64,000 nt of DNA. It comes from an uncultured Thermoanaerobaculia bacterium (lineage in GTDB: Bacteria > Acidobacteriota > Thermoanaerobaculia > Thermoanaerobaculales > Sulfomarinibacteraceae). Positions 52,817 through 61,897 of this stretch are shown here, piece by piece. Each line of letters starts with the position of its first letter. The first letter of the stretch is position 1. Made by a program: the position numbers and the translations under genes. The stretch spans positions 19,256 to 83,255 of the forward strand of contig CAZXNA010000001.1 of the NCBI GenBank assembly GCA_964641295.1, given 5' to 3'. Under the pieces are notes generated by a model that was not told the origin of the DNA, made no database searches, and saw only the letters and a list, made by a program, of their open reading frames with translations.

Positions 52817-55800
52817 GTGATGCCTCCCCTGATGCTCGCCCGGTGGGCCGCCGTCGTCAGGACCTCGTGACGGCCCTCGTACACGTTCCCCAAAACCCCG
52901 TCGATGGACACCATATCACCGGTCTCGAAGCGGCGATTTCCGATTTTCGCGCCGTGCTCTCCCTCGACCACGACGAGGTCGTGGCAGTTGACCACGCAGA
53001 CCTTCCCGAGTCGCTTGGCCGTGATGGCCGCGTGGGAGGTGGCCCCGCCGCGGGATGTCAGGAGACCGTCCGCCTGGAGGAGGAGCGGGATGTCCTCGGG
53101 CACCGTGTCGGGGCGCACCAGGATCACCGGGAGCTTTGGATCCTCGTCCTTGAGGCGGCGGATATCGTCCATGGTGAAGGCGATGGCGCCGCTGATGGCA
53201 CCTCCCGAGACGCCGGTCCCACGGGTCAGCAGGCTCTTCATCAAACTCTCGGTATGGGCAAATACGACGGTCTTCTCCTGGCGCAGCAGCCGGAGGGGCC
53301 GCGTCTGGAGCAGGTAGAGGTCCCCGGCCCGTTCCGATTCGAAGGTAAACTCGATCTCCTGGTGCTCGAAGCCCTCCTCGAGGATCAACCGCTCGGCGAT
53401 CTCCCGGAGGCGGGTGTAGACCTCCGGGAAGGCGGTCTCCATGGACATGGGCTCCTTGCTCTCCCGGGTCAGCCGCTGCTTCTCGCTGATGGGCAGGGGG
53501 TGGACCAGGCCGGCCACCACGTCCTCGCCCTGGGAGCACCTGGTGAAGTCGCCGTAAAGCTCGACGCCCGTATGGGACGACCACGGGTCACGGGTGAACA
53601 CGACGCCCGATCCCGAGTTGGCCCCCAGGTTGCCGAAGACCATCCGCTGCACGATGACCGCCGTCCCCCACTCCTCGGCCAAACCGAGCCGCTGACGGAA
53701 CAGGCGCGCGCCCTCGGAGCCCCACGAACGCAGCACGAGAAAGACCGCCTGGAGCAGCTGTTCGAAGGGGTCGTCTTCGGGCAATGCCCCCCGTTCCCCG
53801 GCAAGCTCCCGGTAGCTCAGGGCCAGGGTTTTCATCTGCTCCGCCGAGAACTCCATCTTCCGGGCGATGTTGTGGCGCTCCTTGAACTCCAGCATGATGG
53901 CGTCGAAGGCGTCTCGGTCGACACCCTGGGACATGGCGACGTTCTGGATGAATCGGCGGTAGGAATCCCACGCCGTCCACGCCGAGAGCTCGTCGTGGGC
54001 CATGGCCTCGACGATCTCGTCGTTGAGCCCGACGTTGAGGATCGTGTCCATCATCCCCGGCATGGAGAAGGCCGCACCGCTGCGAACGCTGAGCAGGAGC
54101 GGCCGGTCGGGGTCACCCAGACGGCGGCCCGTGGCGGCCTCCATTTCGTCCAGGGCCCGGCGGATCCGCCGCCGCGTATCCTCCATCAGGGCGCCGTGGC
54201 CCAGGGCCGGGAGGATCCGGAACAGCTCCGTGGAGAGGATGAAGCCCGGTGGGATCGGCAGCCCGAGGCTGGCGAGACGCTGCAGCCCGGCGCCCTTGGC
54301 CCCGACGAAAAGCGGGTCGGGGTGCACGTCGCCCTCACCCTGGATCGGACGGACCAGCCGATCGGCGCGGTAGGCCAGGACGGCGACGCAGGCGTTCCGG
54401 CTGAGGGTGTCCGTCATGATCCGGAGTCCCTCGCGGACGCGGTTGACGAAGAGGTCCAGCTCCTGGACGCCGTAGATCGAGGCCACGGTCGACCGGAGGA
54501 ACTCCTCGGCCAGCGCACCCTTGGCCTCCAGGAGCTCCTGCTCGTCCAGATCCCGGTCCGCCAGGAGGTCGGGAAGGATCCGCTCCAGGTTGCGTTCGTG
54601 GGGCGCGATGAAGTTGACCTCCACGGAGTTCCCCAGGGCCTCGGATATCATCTCCAGGAGGTTGAGGTACTGCCCGACCGTCAGGTTGCCCCAGTCCAGG
54701 ACCTCCTTGAGGAGCCCGACCTGTTCCGAGAGGTTCTTGACCCTGAGGCCGGCGACGCCCAGGGCTCGCAGGATCTCGTGCATCAGCGACGCCGCCCGCA
54801 GCAGGGTGTCCCGCGTCATGAACCCCGTGGGGAACTCGGCGATGCACGCTTCAAGGTGAACCGTCAGGAAGCGCATCAGGCGCAGCATCAGGCCGAGGGC
54901 ATCGAACTTGGGCTCGTGGTAGGTACCGTACACCGAGGGGATGCCGACGGCGATGTGGCGCTTGTAGTAGAGGTTCTCGAACGGCTCGGTCTTGCTCGGG
55001 TCCGTGACGACGGCCTTGAGGTCCTCCAGGAGGGTGTGGCCGTGGTGGAGGATCTCCAGGTGGTCGCCGCCGGCAACGGCAGCCTCGAAGAGCTTGCGGT
55101 GCTCGTGGGGGACGAGGTTGGAACCCTCCAGGGCGTCCAGGGTCTCCCCCGGGTCGTAGTCGTACTTGGCCTTGAGCAGACGGTAGAGGCGGACCAGGAG
55201 GAGGGCACGCTCCCGGTGGACCGGATCGACGGAACCCACGGACTGAAGCCCCTCGGCGAAAGCGTCCACCGGCAGCTCGTCCAGGTCCTTCTCCGTCAGT
55301 CCCGTCGTGTTCTCGAGGCCGGAGAGGGCATCGTGGGCCCCCTGGAACCACGGATCGTCCGGCGAGAGGCTCCGGCGCAGGGACTCGGGGATGAAGGGGT
55401 CGAGGTGGGTGGCATCACCCGTCCGCCACCAGGTGTAGACGGCCCGGGTGAACTCCACGAGGCGGCTGTTGCTCTCGGCGTGGGCCTGCTTGCGCAGGAA
55501 GTGGATGACGGCGTCCTGGCGATAGGAGATCTGGTCGATCCGCGTCGAGACCTCCCGGAGCTCTCCCTCGGAGCCGACGGCGCTGAAGAAAACGGGCAAA
55601 TGCCGCACCAGCTGGAGCACCAGGCTGAACGACTTGGCCACGCCCCCGTTGAGGAGCTGGGAGATGTCCCGCTGGAACAGGTCCGTATCGTTGACGAAGA
55701 CCCCGCGGAAGTGGAGCTGGATGGCCAGGGCCGAGAGCAGCCGTTCAAAGCGCCGGGGATCGCTGCGGATGACCGCCAGCCAGGTCCGCAGACAGACCAG

Positions 55801-56940
55801 GTGGTAGGGGTTGACCTCGACCTCCCACTCCTCGGTGGTGCCCTTGATGCCGGGGGGCTCGAATCCGGTGGCGATAAAGCGGTCGATGAAATGTTCGATC
55901 AGCTGGAAGTCCCCGCGCCGGGCGATCTCTTCCCCCAGGCGGGTGATCCCCTCGAAGAGCCACTGCTTCTCGCGCTGGTCGTCGGCCTTGAGGCAGCCGG
56001 TGATCAGGTCGACGGCCCGGGAGACCTCGTGGGAGTCGCCCGAGGCGCAGAGCTGCTGCAGGGCGAAGTAGAGGCGACGCAGGACCTCCCGGCTGCGGTA
56101 CTGGAACTCCGGCTCGCCCAGCAGGTCCACCAGGATGGTGACGCGGTCGATCAGGCTGGGCACGGTATCGACGGCGGTGAAGAAGGCGTTGAGGAGCTCC
56201 TGGGGGCTGGGGAGCTCAAGCCGGGTGGCCGGCTCCACGTTTGAAGCCGCCACGGCCATGGCCCGCTCGATGGTCGTTCGGAAGGGGGCGAAGGCCTCCA
56301 GGGCGCCCAGGGGGTCCGTCCCCCAGGTGACACCCGAGATGGGGCGCTCGAGGATCCGCACCCAGTCGGCCATGGCGTCGGAGCACAGGGTGCCGTAGAG
56401 GACGGCGGTGCGGGCCCCGGCCGGTGTGTCGTGGCCCAGCTTGCCCGCCAGGCGGCGTACCAGCCCGCCGTGGACCAGGAGCGCCGAAGGGTGCAGGGCG
56501 CAGACCTTTTCCAGGGCTGCCACACCCTCCTGGAGGGGGTCGGAATATTCCTCCCGGTAGGGCGAGTTCGCCAGGCGTTCGAGGAACTGCAGGTGGGTCC
56601 GGGCCAGGGTCTGGACCTCCGCCTCGTCCTCCAGTGAGGGGTAGAGCTCGGCGAAGATCCCCTCCAGGCGCATCATGCAGAGCCTTCGTTGCTCGCTGCC
56701 CTCGTAGTAGTGGAGCATGCCCCCGGTCAGGTCCCGGAGCTCCTGGGAAACGACGCGGGGATTGCGCAGGGGGTGGTGGAGCTCCTTGAGCATCCGCTCG
56801 GCCAGCTGTCGCACGCCGAAGTGGGCGGTCACCGTGTCGAGCAGAACCTTCTCCTCGCCGGGGATGACCACATCGGCCCGGGTCAGGGCCAGATTGGCGT
56901 CGAGCGCCGTGGAGACGAAGGGCTTCCCGGTCGGATGCAT
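52813..56940 (-). CDS. PPDK-like dikinase: ~770-aa uncharacterised helical N-terminal region, ATP-grasp nucleotide-binding domain and phosphohistidine swivel domain; no PEP/pyruvate TIM-barrel
   Basis: ORF 52813..57393 trimmed to ATG 56940 (the promoter lies just upstream). PPDK_N blocks GAKGAGLQRLASLGLPIPPGF, LLSVRSGAAFSMPGMMDTILNVGLN and GTAVIVQRMVFGN. Swivel motif RGGATSHAAITAKRLGKVCV (His codon 53032..53034). The protein ends ~70 aa after that His. Confidence 0.8.
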   Translation of the reverse strand: MHPTGKPFVSTALDANLALTRADVVIPGEEKVLLDTVTAHFGVRQLAERMLKELHHPLRNPRVVSQELRDLTGGMLHYYEGSEQRRLCMMRLEGIFAELYPSLEDEAEVQTLARTHLQFLERLANSPYREEYSDPLQEGVAALEKVCALHPSALLVHGGLVRRLAGKLGHDTPAGARTAVLYGTLCSDAMADWVRILERPISGVTWGTDPLGALEAFAPFRTTIERAMAVAASNVEPATRLELPSPQELLNAFFTAVDTVPSLIDRVTILVDLLGEPEFQYRSREVLRRLYFALQQLCASGDSHEVSRAVDLITGCLKADDQREKQWLFEGITRLGEEIARRGDFQLIEHFIDRFIATGFEPPGIKGTTEEWEVEVNPYHLVCLRTWLAVIRSDPRRFERLLSALAIQLHFRGVFVNDTDLFQRDISQLLNGGVAKSFSLVLQLVRHLPVFFSAVGSEGELREVSTRIDQISYRQDAVIHFLRKQAHAESNSRLVEFTRAVYTWWRTGDATHLDPFIPESLRRSLSPDDPWFQGAHDALSGLENTTGLTEKDLDELPVDAFAEGLQSVGSVDPVHRERALLLVRLYRLLKAKYDYDPGETLDALEGSNLVPHEHRKLFEAAVAGGDHLEILHHGHTLLEDLKAVVTDPSKTEPFENLYYKRHIAVGIPSVYGTYHEPKFDALGLMLRLMRFLTVHLEACIAEFPTGFMTRDTLLRAASLMHEILRALGVAGLRVKNLSEQVGLLKEVLDWGNLTVGQYLNLLEMISEALGNSVEVNFIAPHERNLERILPDLLADRDLDEQELLEAKGALAEEFLRSTVASIYGVQELDLFVNRVREGLRIMTDTLSRNACVAVLAYRADRLVRPIQGEGDVHPDPLFVGAKGAGLQRLASLGLPIPPGFILSTELFRILPALGHGALMEDTRRRIRRALDEMEAATGRRLGDPDRPLLLSVRSGAAFSMPGMMDTILNVGLNDEIVEAMAHDELSAWTAWDSYRRFIQNVAMSQGVDRDAFDAIMLEFKERHNIARKMEFSAEQMKTLALSYRELAGERGALPEDDPFEQLLQAVFLVLRSWGSEGARLFRQRLGLAEEWGTAVIVQRMVFGNLGANSGSGVVFTRDPWSSHTGVELYGDFTRCSQGEDVVAGLVHPLPISEKQRLTRESKEPMSMETAFPEVYTRLREIAERLILEEGFEHQEIEFTFESERAGDLYLLQTRPLRLLRQEKTVVFAHTESLMKSLLTRGTGVSGGAISGAIAFTMDDIRRLKDEDPKLPVILVRPDTVPEDIPLLLQADGLLTSRGGATSHAAITAKRLGKVCVVNCHDLVVVEGEHGAKIGNRRFETGDMVSIDGVLGNVYEGRHEVLTTAAHRASIRGGIT

Positions 56941-56973
56941 GGCTTCCCGTTTCCCGGTCCGGGCCGGGCCCCA

Positions 56974-57002
56974 CTTATACGACTCCCGAGAACGGGTGTC
57001 AA
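56974..57002 (-). promoter_or_regulatory. strong sigma70-like promoter for the dikinase operon
   Basis: Minus strand reads TTGACA (57002..56997), 17 nt, TATAAG (56979..56974), ~33 nt upstream of ATG 56940. Confidence 0.55.
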
Positions 57003-57244
57003 AAACGCCCGGCGGTGGATTGGCCTCGGGGCAGGGGGTTCTGGCGGGCCGGGATCCGGCCGCCGGGATGTTCGGGAGGCTCGGGGAGGCTCCGGTGGGG
57101 CTGGTGGTCGCGGTTTGTGCCCGTGGGGAGGGCGAGTCGCCAGACGGGCGTCCTGAAGCGCCGGTGGACCGAGGCGGGAAGTTCCATTTCCCTTTTCGGG
57201 AACGACCCACGGCTGCCGGTGGTCCAACTGAACAGGAGGTCGCC

Positions 57245-57958
57245 ATGAACCAGCAGAGCCCATCGTCCCGATCGCAGCCGGCCGGTCCGGCCGGGACCTT
57301 CCCCTGGCTGGCGCCGGAAACCGACGGCCGCAGGCTGCTCCCCGTCGCCGCGCTCCTGGCCGCGGCCGTCCATCTCTCGCTGTTCGCCGTCACCTGGCCC
57401 CGGCCGATGCGGACAGGTGCGTCCCGCGATTCCCCGGACCAGCTCCATGTGCTCCGGCTCCAGAACGTCCGCTTCGAGCTACCGAGGCCGAGGGAGGGGA
57501 TTCAGAGGCCCCCAACACGGGTTCCCGTTCCGGACCTCACCCCGGAGGGTCCAGAAATCGTTGAAAGGAGCGCCCGGGAAGAGGAGATCCATGTGGACTG
57601 GGACGCCTGGACGGTGCCGGGATCCATGATCAACGTGCCGCCGCCGCCCGCCGTCGGGGCCGAAACCCCGCGGATCGTCGATGTCGGCGAGATCGAGGCC
57701 CCCCAGGTCCTCGAGCGCGTGCAGCCGGTCTACACCCGGGCCGCCATCGCGGCGCGGCTCGAAGGCGCCGTCATCGTGGAGCTGGTCATCGGTGAGGACG
57801 GACGGGTGGAGAGCGTCCGCGTGCTCCGGGGCCTTCCCCTGGGGTTGATCCGGAGCGCCGTGGAGGCCGTGCGCCGCTGGCGCTTCGAGCCCTCCACCCT
57901 GGACGGGCGTCCCATCAAGGTCCGCTTCCGCCTGACCGTGCACTTTCAGCTCCGGTAA
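57245..57958 (+). CDS. energy transducer TonB family protein
   Basis: ORF 56717..57958 trimmed to ATG 57245 (AGGAGG upstream). One TM helix (LLPVAALLAAAVHLSLFAV), a Pro-rich spacer, and a TonB C-terminal domain PVYTRAAIAARLEGAVIVELVIGEDGRVESVRVLRG...AVRRWRFEP. Confidence 0.85.
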   Translation: MNQQSPSSRSQPAGPAGTFPWLAPETDGRRLLPVAALLAAAVHLSLFAVTWPRPMRTGASRDSPDQLHVLRLQNVRFELPRPREGIQRPPTRVPVPDLTPEGPEIVERSAREEEIHVDWDAWTVPGSMINVPPPPAVGAETPRIVDVGEIEAPQVLERVQPVYTRAAIAARLEGAVIVELVIGEDGRVESVRVLRGLPLGLIRSAVEAVRRWRFEPSTLDGRPIKVRFRLTVHFQLR

Positions 57959-58134
57959 GGCGTGCCCGGCCGCCCGCCGCGGGAGGGGAGGCCCAGGGGT
58001 CCCCGTCCGCTCACCCCGGCCCGCAGGTTGCCGCAATGCGGCGAAACGCGGTAGACTGGGGGGGTCCCGCCCGGTACGGTTCCGTGATGGCGACCCTGGA
58101 CGGCCCGGAGCGGGACCGAAAGGCAGGTTCGGCC

Positions 58135-59754
58135 ATGTTCTCTCCCGGCTGGCGTGAAGAAGCGCTCTCGGCCCTGGACGGCGGATTCGACATGATCGTC
58201 ATCGGTGGCGGGATCTCGGGGTGCGGCATCGCCCTGGATGCTGCCCAGCGGGGTCTCGACGTGCTGCTGATCGAGCAGGGGGACATTGCCTCGGGCACCT
58301 CCTCCCGCTCCACCAAGCTGGTCCACGGCGGGCTGCGTTACCTCAAGCAGATGCAGTTCCGGATCACGCGAATGGCGTGCCGCGAGCGGGACCGCATGCT
58401 CCAGCTGGACCCCCACCTGGTGCGTCCCGTGCAGTTTCTCTACCCGGCCTACGAGGGCGATCGGACGCCGGGGTGGAAGATCGACCTGGGCCTGTGGATG
58501 TACGACAAGCTCTCCCAGGGCCAGGACAGGCACCACCGCCTGGAGCCCGACGAGGTTTCCTCACTGGCGCCGGGCCTGCTGACAGAGGATCTGGACCGGG
58601 CTCTCCTCTACCGGGACGCCATGGCGGACGACGCCCGCCTGACCCTGGCCGTGGCCTCGACCGCCGCCGCCTTCGGGGCCAGCGTTCTCAGCCGCTTCGA
58701 GGTGGAGGAGGCCATGCGGGCCCCCGGCGGCCGGATCTGCGGCGTCTTCGCCCGCGACCTGGAGACGGGGCAGGTTCACGGCATCGAAGCCGGCGTCGTC
58801 GTCAACGCCACGGGGGTCTGGGTCGATGAGCTCCGGGCCCGCATGGGCTTCGAGGAACGTCACCTGCGCCCCTCCCGCGGCAGTCACATCATCCTGCGGC
58901 GCGACCGGCTGTCCCTCGAGGTGGCCGTGGCCGTGCCGGCCCCCGACGATGGCCGTCCCGTCTGCTTCATTCCCCACCCCGAGGGCGTTCTCGTGGGCAC
59001 GACGGACCTCTACCACGAGGGGCCCCTCGGGGACCCGCGACCGACGAAGGAGGAGATCGACTACCTGCTCCGGACCATCGCGTCGGTGTACCCGGACAAT
59101 CCCCCCGTGGAGGCCGACATCGTCGGCGCTTTCGCCGGGCTGCGGCCCATCCTCGACACCCACGCGGAGGATCCCTCGGAGGCCAGCCGGGAGGAGGCCA
59201 TCTGGGAGGAGGAGGGCCTAGTGTCGGCGGCGGGCGGCAAGCTGACCACATGGCGCGTCATGGCCGAGGAGGCCGTCGATCGCGCCCTCGAGCTCCTATC
59301 CGAAGAGCGGGCGCGCCGGGCGGCCCCCGTGGCCACCGACGGGACAGCTCTCCACGGCCTGGCCCCGGCCAGCTACGCGGTCCGGCTACAGGAGTTTTTC
59401 GGCATGCCCACCGCCGTGGCGGAGGCCATGGTCCGGCGCCTCGGCGCCCTGGCGTGGACGGCCGCCGCTGCGGTGCGTCGCGAGAAGGAGCTGACGCCTC
59501 TGGCGCCGGGCCTCGATCTCAGCATCGCCGAGGCCCGGGCCTGGATCCGCCACGGGGCCGTCCTCCACGTGGAAGATCTTCTCCTGCGGCGGGTACGGAT
59601 CGGCATGTGGGATCCGGAGGCGGCCCGGGGCGTGGCCTGGCGGCTGCGCATGGTCTTCCAGCGGGAGCTGGGCTGGAGCTTCGGCCGCTGGGGCGAGGAG
59701 CTCGAGCAGTTCGAGGAGGCCCTCGAGGCCTGGACCCCCCAAGGCGTCGTATGA
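58135..59754 (+). CDS. glpD: FAD-dependent glycerol-3-phosphate dehydrogenase/oxidase
   Basis: In ORF 58036..59754 (alternative starts 58036 and 58087). FDMIVIGGGISGCGIALDAAQRGLDVLLIEQGDIASGTSSRSTKLVHGGLRYL. Confidence 0.88.
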   Translation: MFSPGWREEALSALDGGFDMIVIGGGISGCGIALDAAQRGLDVLLIEQGDIASGTSSRSTKLVHGGLRYLKQMQFRITRMACRERDRMLQLDPHLVRPVQFLYPAYEGDRTPGWKIDLGLWMYDKLSQGQDRHHRLEPDEVSSLAPGLLTEDLDRALLYRDAMADDARLTLAVASTAAAFGASVLSRFEVEEAMRAPGGRICGVFARDLETGQVHGIEAGVVVNATGVWVDELRARMGFEERHLRPSRGSHIILRRDRLSLEVAVAVPAPDDGRPVCFIPHPEGVLVGTTDLYHEGPLGDPRPTKEEIDYLLRTIASVYPDNPPVEADIVGAFAGLRPILDTHAEDPSEASREEAIWEEEGLVSAAGGKLTTWRVMAEEAVDRALELLSEERARRAAPVATDGTALHGLAPASYAVRLQEFFGMPTAVAEAMVRRLGALAWTAAAAVRREKELTPLAPGLDLSIAEARAWIRHGAVLHVEDLLLRRVRIGMWDPEAARGVAWRLRMVFQRELGWSFGRWGEELEQFEEALEAWTPQGVV

Positions 59755-61475
59755 GACTCGTCCTGGGCGGGCGCTCGGCCGGAGGGCTCGGTGGGCGCCT
59801 GGCCGGAACCCTGTTCGGGGCGGTGTTCCTGATCATCGGCCTGGTGTTCACGGCGTTCATCGGCCGGGAGTCCGTCCATGTGGTTCGTGTGTGGACGACC
59901 TGGGTCCGGGTTCCCTGTGCCATCGTCGACTCTGGGGCCTCCCTCGACGGTGACGACGAGCGTCCCTACCGGTTCGAGGTGCGATACCGGTACCGGTGGA
60001 AGGATGAGCCCCACGAGGCGACGACCTTCCGGAAGGGTTACCGGGGCAGCCAGAGCTTCCGGCCGGTGCAGCGGCTGCTGCTGAGCTATCCGCCGGGGGG
60101 TGCCGCCCATTGCTACGTCGATCCCACCGATCCGGCCAGGGCCGTTCTCCAGAGACGTTCCCCGGCCTTCGTTCTGTTGATCCTCTTCCCGCTGGTCTTC
60201 GTTGTCGTTGGCGTCGTGACCCTCGTCGCCACGTGGTCCAGATCTGCCAAGCCGGAGGGGGCGGCATCCCTGGCGGGAAACGGCAAGGCGGCGGCACGGG
60301 TCCGGAAGATCTCGCAGTTCGTCTCTGGCATCTTCCTGGCCGCGGGACTCTGCGGCGCGGCGGCCATGGCGCCGTGGATGGCGGGCCCGATCCGGGCGCG
60401 ATCGTGGGAGGTCGTCCCGGCACGGGTCCTCTCGTCCACGGTGCGGCGCCACGAGAGCCGGAACGACGACGGGGAAACCAGCGTCACCTGGAAGCTGGAC
60501 ATCCTTTACACCTACCGCTACCGCGGAGTGACCTACCGGAGCAACCGGTACGGCTTCGTCGACGTGGGGTCCAGCGGTCGGGCCTCCAAGGCGGCCGTGG
60601 CCCGGCGCTACCCCCCGGGGACGAGCCTGGAGGTCCGCGTCAATCCCCGGGATCCGACCATGGCCGTCGTGGAGCCCGGGTACACCCTTGGACATCTTCT
60701 CTTCCTGATCCCCCTGGCGGCCGTGGCCCTGGGCGCCGCGGGCCTCCAATGGGCCCGCCGGAAGCCGGGCACCCTCCGGCGCGGGATGACCGCCCCCTCC
60801 GAGCAGGAAGTGCCCGGTGTTCCCGCGGGACCCGACGGACCGGGGCCGTTGGAGCTGGCCCCCCAGGGGCGGCGCCTCCGGAAGGTGGCCATGATCCTGA
60901 TGGTGGCCGTCGTGTGGAACGGCCTGATCTCCGTCTTCCTGTGGCGGGCGGCCGAGGGCCTTTCCCGCGGGCGGCCCGACTGGTTCCTGACGGCGTTCAT
61001 GGTCCCCTTCGTGCTGGTGGGTCTGCTCCTGATCGGAGCCTCCCTCCACGCCCTTCTGGCGCTGGCCAATCCCAGGACGACCCTGATCGTGGAACCGTCG
61101 GCCCCTCGTCTCGGGGGCAGGCTCCAACTCCAGTGGCGAACGACGGGCGCAGTGGGTCGGGTCAGGGACTTCCGCATCGTCCTCGAGGGGCGCGAGGAGG
61201 CGACCTACAGGAGGGGGAAGAATACGACCACCGACCGGGAGGTTTTCGCGCGCTTCGTGCTGGCGCGGGTACGGGATTCCCTGGGGGTCCGGCAGGGGCG
61301 GGGGGAGCTGGAGATTCCAGGCTCGACCATGCACAGCTTCGACGGTGGGAACAACAGGATCGTCTGGGAGCTCAGGGTCGAGGCCGACATTCCCCACTGG
61401 CCCGACGTGGACGACAGCTGGCAGCTGGTGGTTCTCCCACCGGAATCGGGAGGGGGGATGTCGTGGAGCGGCTGA
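59751..61475 (+). CDS. six-TM membrane protein with two DUF3592-like domains and a C-terminal beta-rich (arrestin/Spo0M-like) domain
   Basis: ORF 59250..61475 trimmed to ATG 59751 (ATGA overlap with the glpD stop). Two repeats follow the DUF3592 pattern (YRFEVRYRYRWKDEPHE...CYVDPTDPARAVL and WKLDILYTYRYRGVTYRS...VRVNPRDPTMAVV), each flanked by TM helices. The tail carries ELEIPGSTMHSFDGGNNRIVWELRVEADIP. Confidence 0.65.
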   Translation: MRLVLGGRSAGGLGGRLAGTLFGAVFLIIGLVFTAFIGRESVHVVRVWTTWVRVPCAIVDSGASLDGDDERPYRFEVRYRYRWKDEPHEATTFRKGYRGSQSFRPVQRLLLSYPPGGAAHCYVDPTDPARAVLQRRSPAFVLLILFPLVFVVVGVVTLVATWSRSAKPEGAASLAGNGKAAARVRKISQFVSGIFLAAGLCGAAAMAPWMAGPIRARSWEVVPARVLSSTVRRHESRNDDGETSVTWKLDILYTYRYRGVTYRSNRYGFVDVGSSGRASKAAVARRYPPGTSLEVRVNPRDPTMAVVEPGYTLGHLLFLIPLAAVALGAAGLQWARRKPGTLRRGMTAPSEQEVPGVPAGPDGPGPLELAPQGRRLRKVAMILMVAVVWNGLISVFLWRAAEGLSRGRPDWFLTAFMVPFVLVGLLLIGASLHALLALANPRTTLIVEPSAPRLGGRLQLQWRTTGAVGRVRDFRIVLEGREEATYRRGKNTTTDREVFARFVLARVRDSLGVRQGRGELEIPGSTMHSFDGGNNRIVWELRVEADIPHWPDVDDSWQLVVLPPESGGGMSWSG

Positions 61476-61858
61476 GAATCGATCTGGAGGGGGGCCGTTC
61501 CTGGGCCGCGCCGGGAAGCGAGGTCGGTGGACGGATCGTGTGGGTGCTGGACGAGCCGGCGGAGAGTCTGGAGATCCGCTTTCTCTGGTACACGGAGGGC
61601 CGGGGAACCCGGGACGTGGGCGTCGTCGAGCGGCGGAACCTGCAGGGGACCGGCCGGGAGGGGGAGAGGAGCTTCCGCTTCGTGATCCCGCCTGGCCCTT
61701 ACAGTTTCCAGGGCCGGTTGATCACCCTCCGGTGGGTCGTCGAGGCCGAGGCCCGGCCGGGCGGTGCCGTTGTTGCGGAACCCCTGATCGTCGCCCCGAC
61801 CCCCGTGCCCGTCGACATTCGGTCCGGCGTGGCCCAAGGGGACCGGGATCTCCCATGA
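61463..61858 (+). CDS. small beta-rich protein, arrestin/Spo0M-like; paralogous to the C-terminal domain of the preceding gene
   Basis: C-terminal part of ORF 60110..61858. GTG 61463 is preceded by GGGAGGGGGG and overlaps the previous gene by 13 nt. FRFVIPPGPYSFQGRLITLRWVVEAEARP parallels IPGSTMHSFDGGNNRIVWELRVEADIP. Confidence 0.5.
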   Translation: MERLRIDLEGGRSWAAPGSEVGGRIVWVLDEPAESLEIRFLWYTEGRGTRDVGVVERRNLQGTGREGERSFRFVIPPGPYSFQGRLITLRWVVEAEARPGGAVVAEPLIVAPTPVPVDIRSGVAQGDRDLP

Positions 61859-61897
61859 AGTTCACGGTCCGGCGCCGTTCGCCCGGGGGGCGGCGGT

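Noticed and set aside
52843-56244. 1133-aa plus-strand ORF
   Set aside because: It is antisense to the dikinase-like gene, which carries clear PPDK_N and phosphohistidine motifs on the minus strand.
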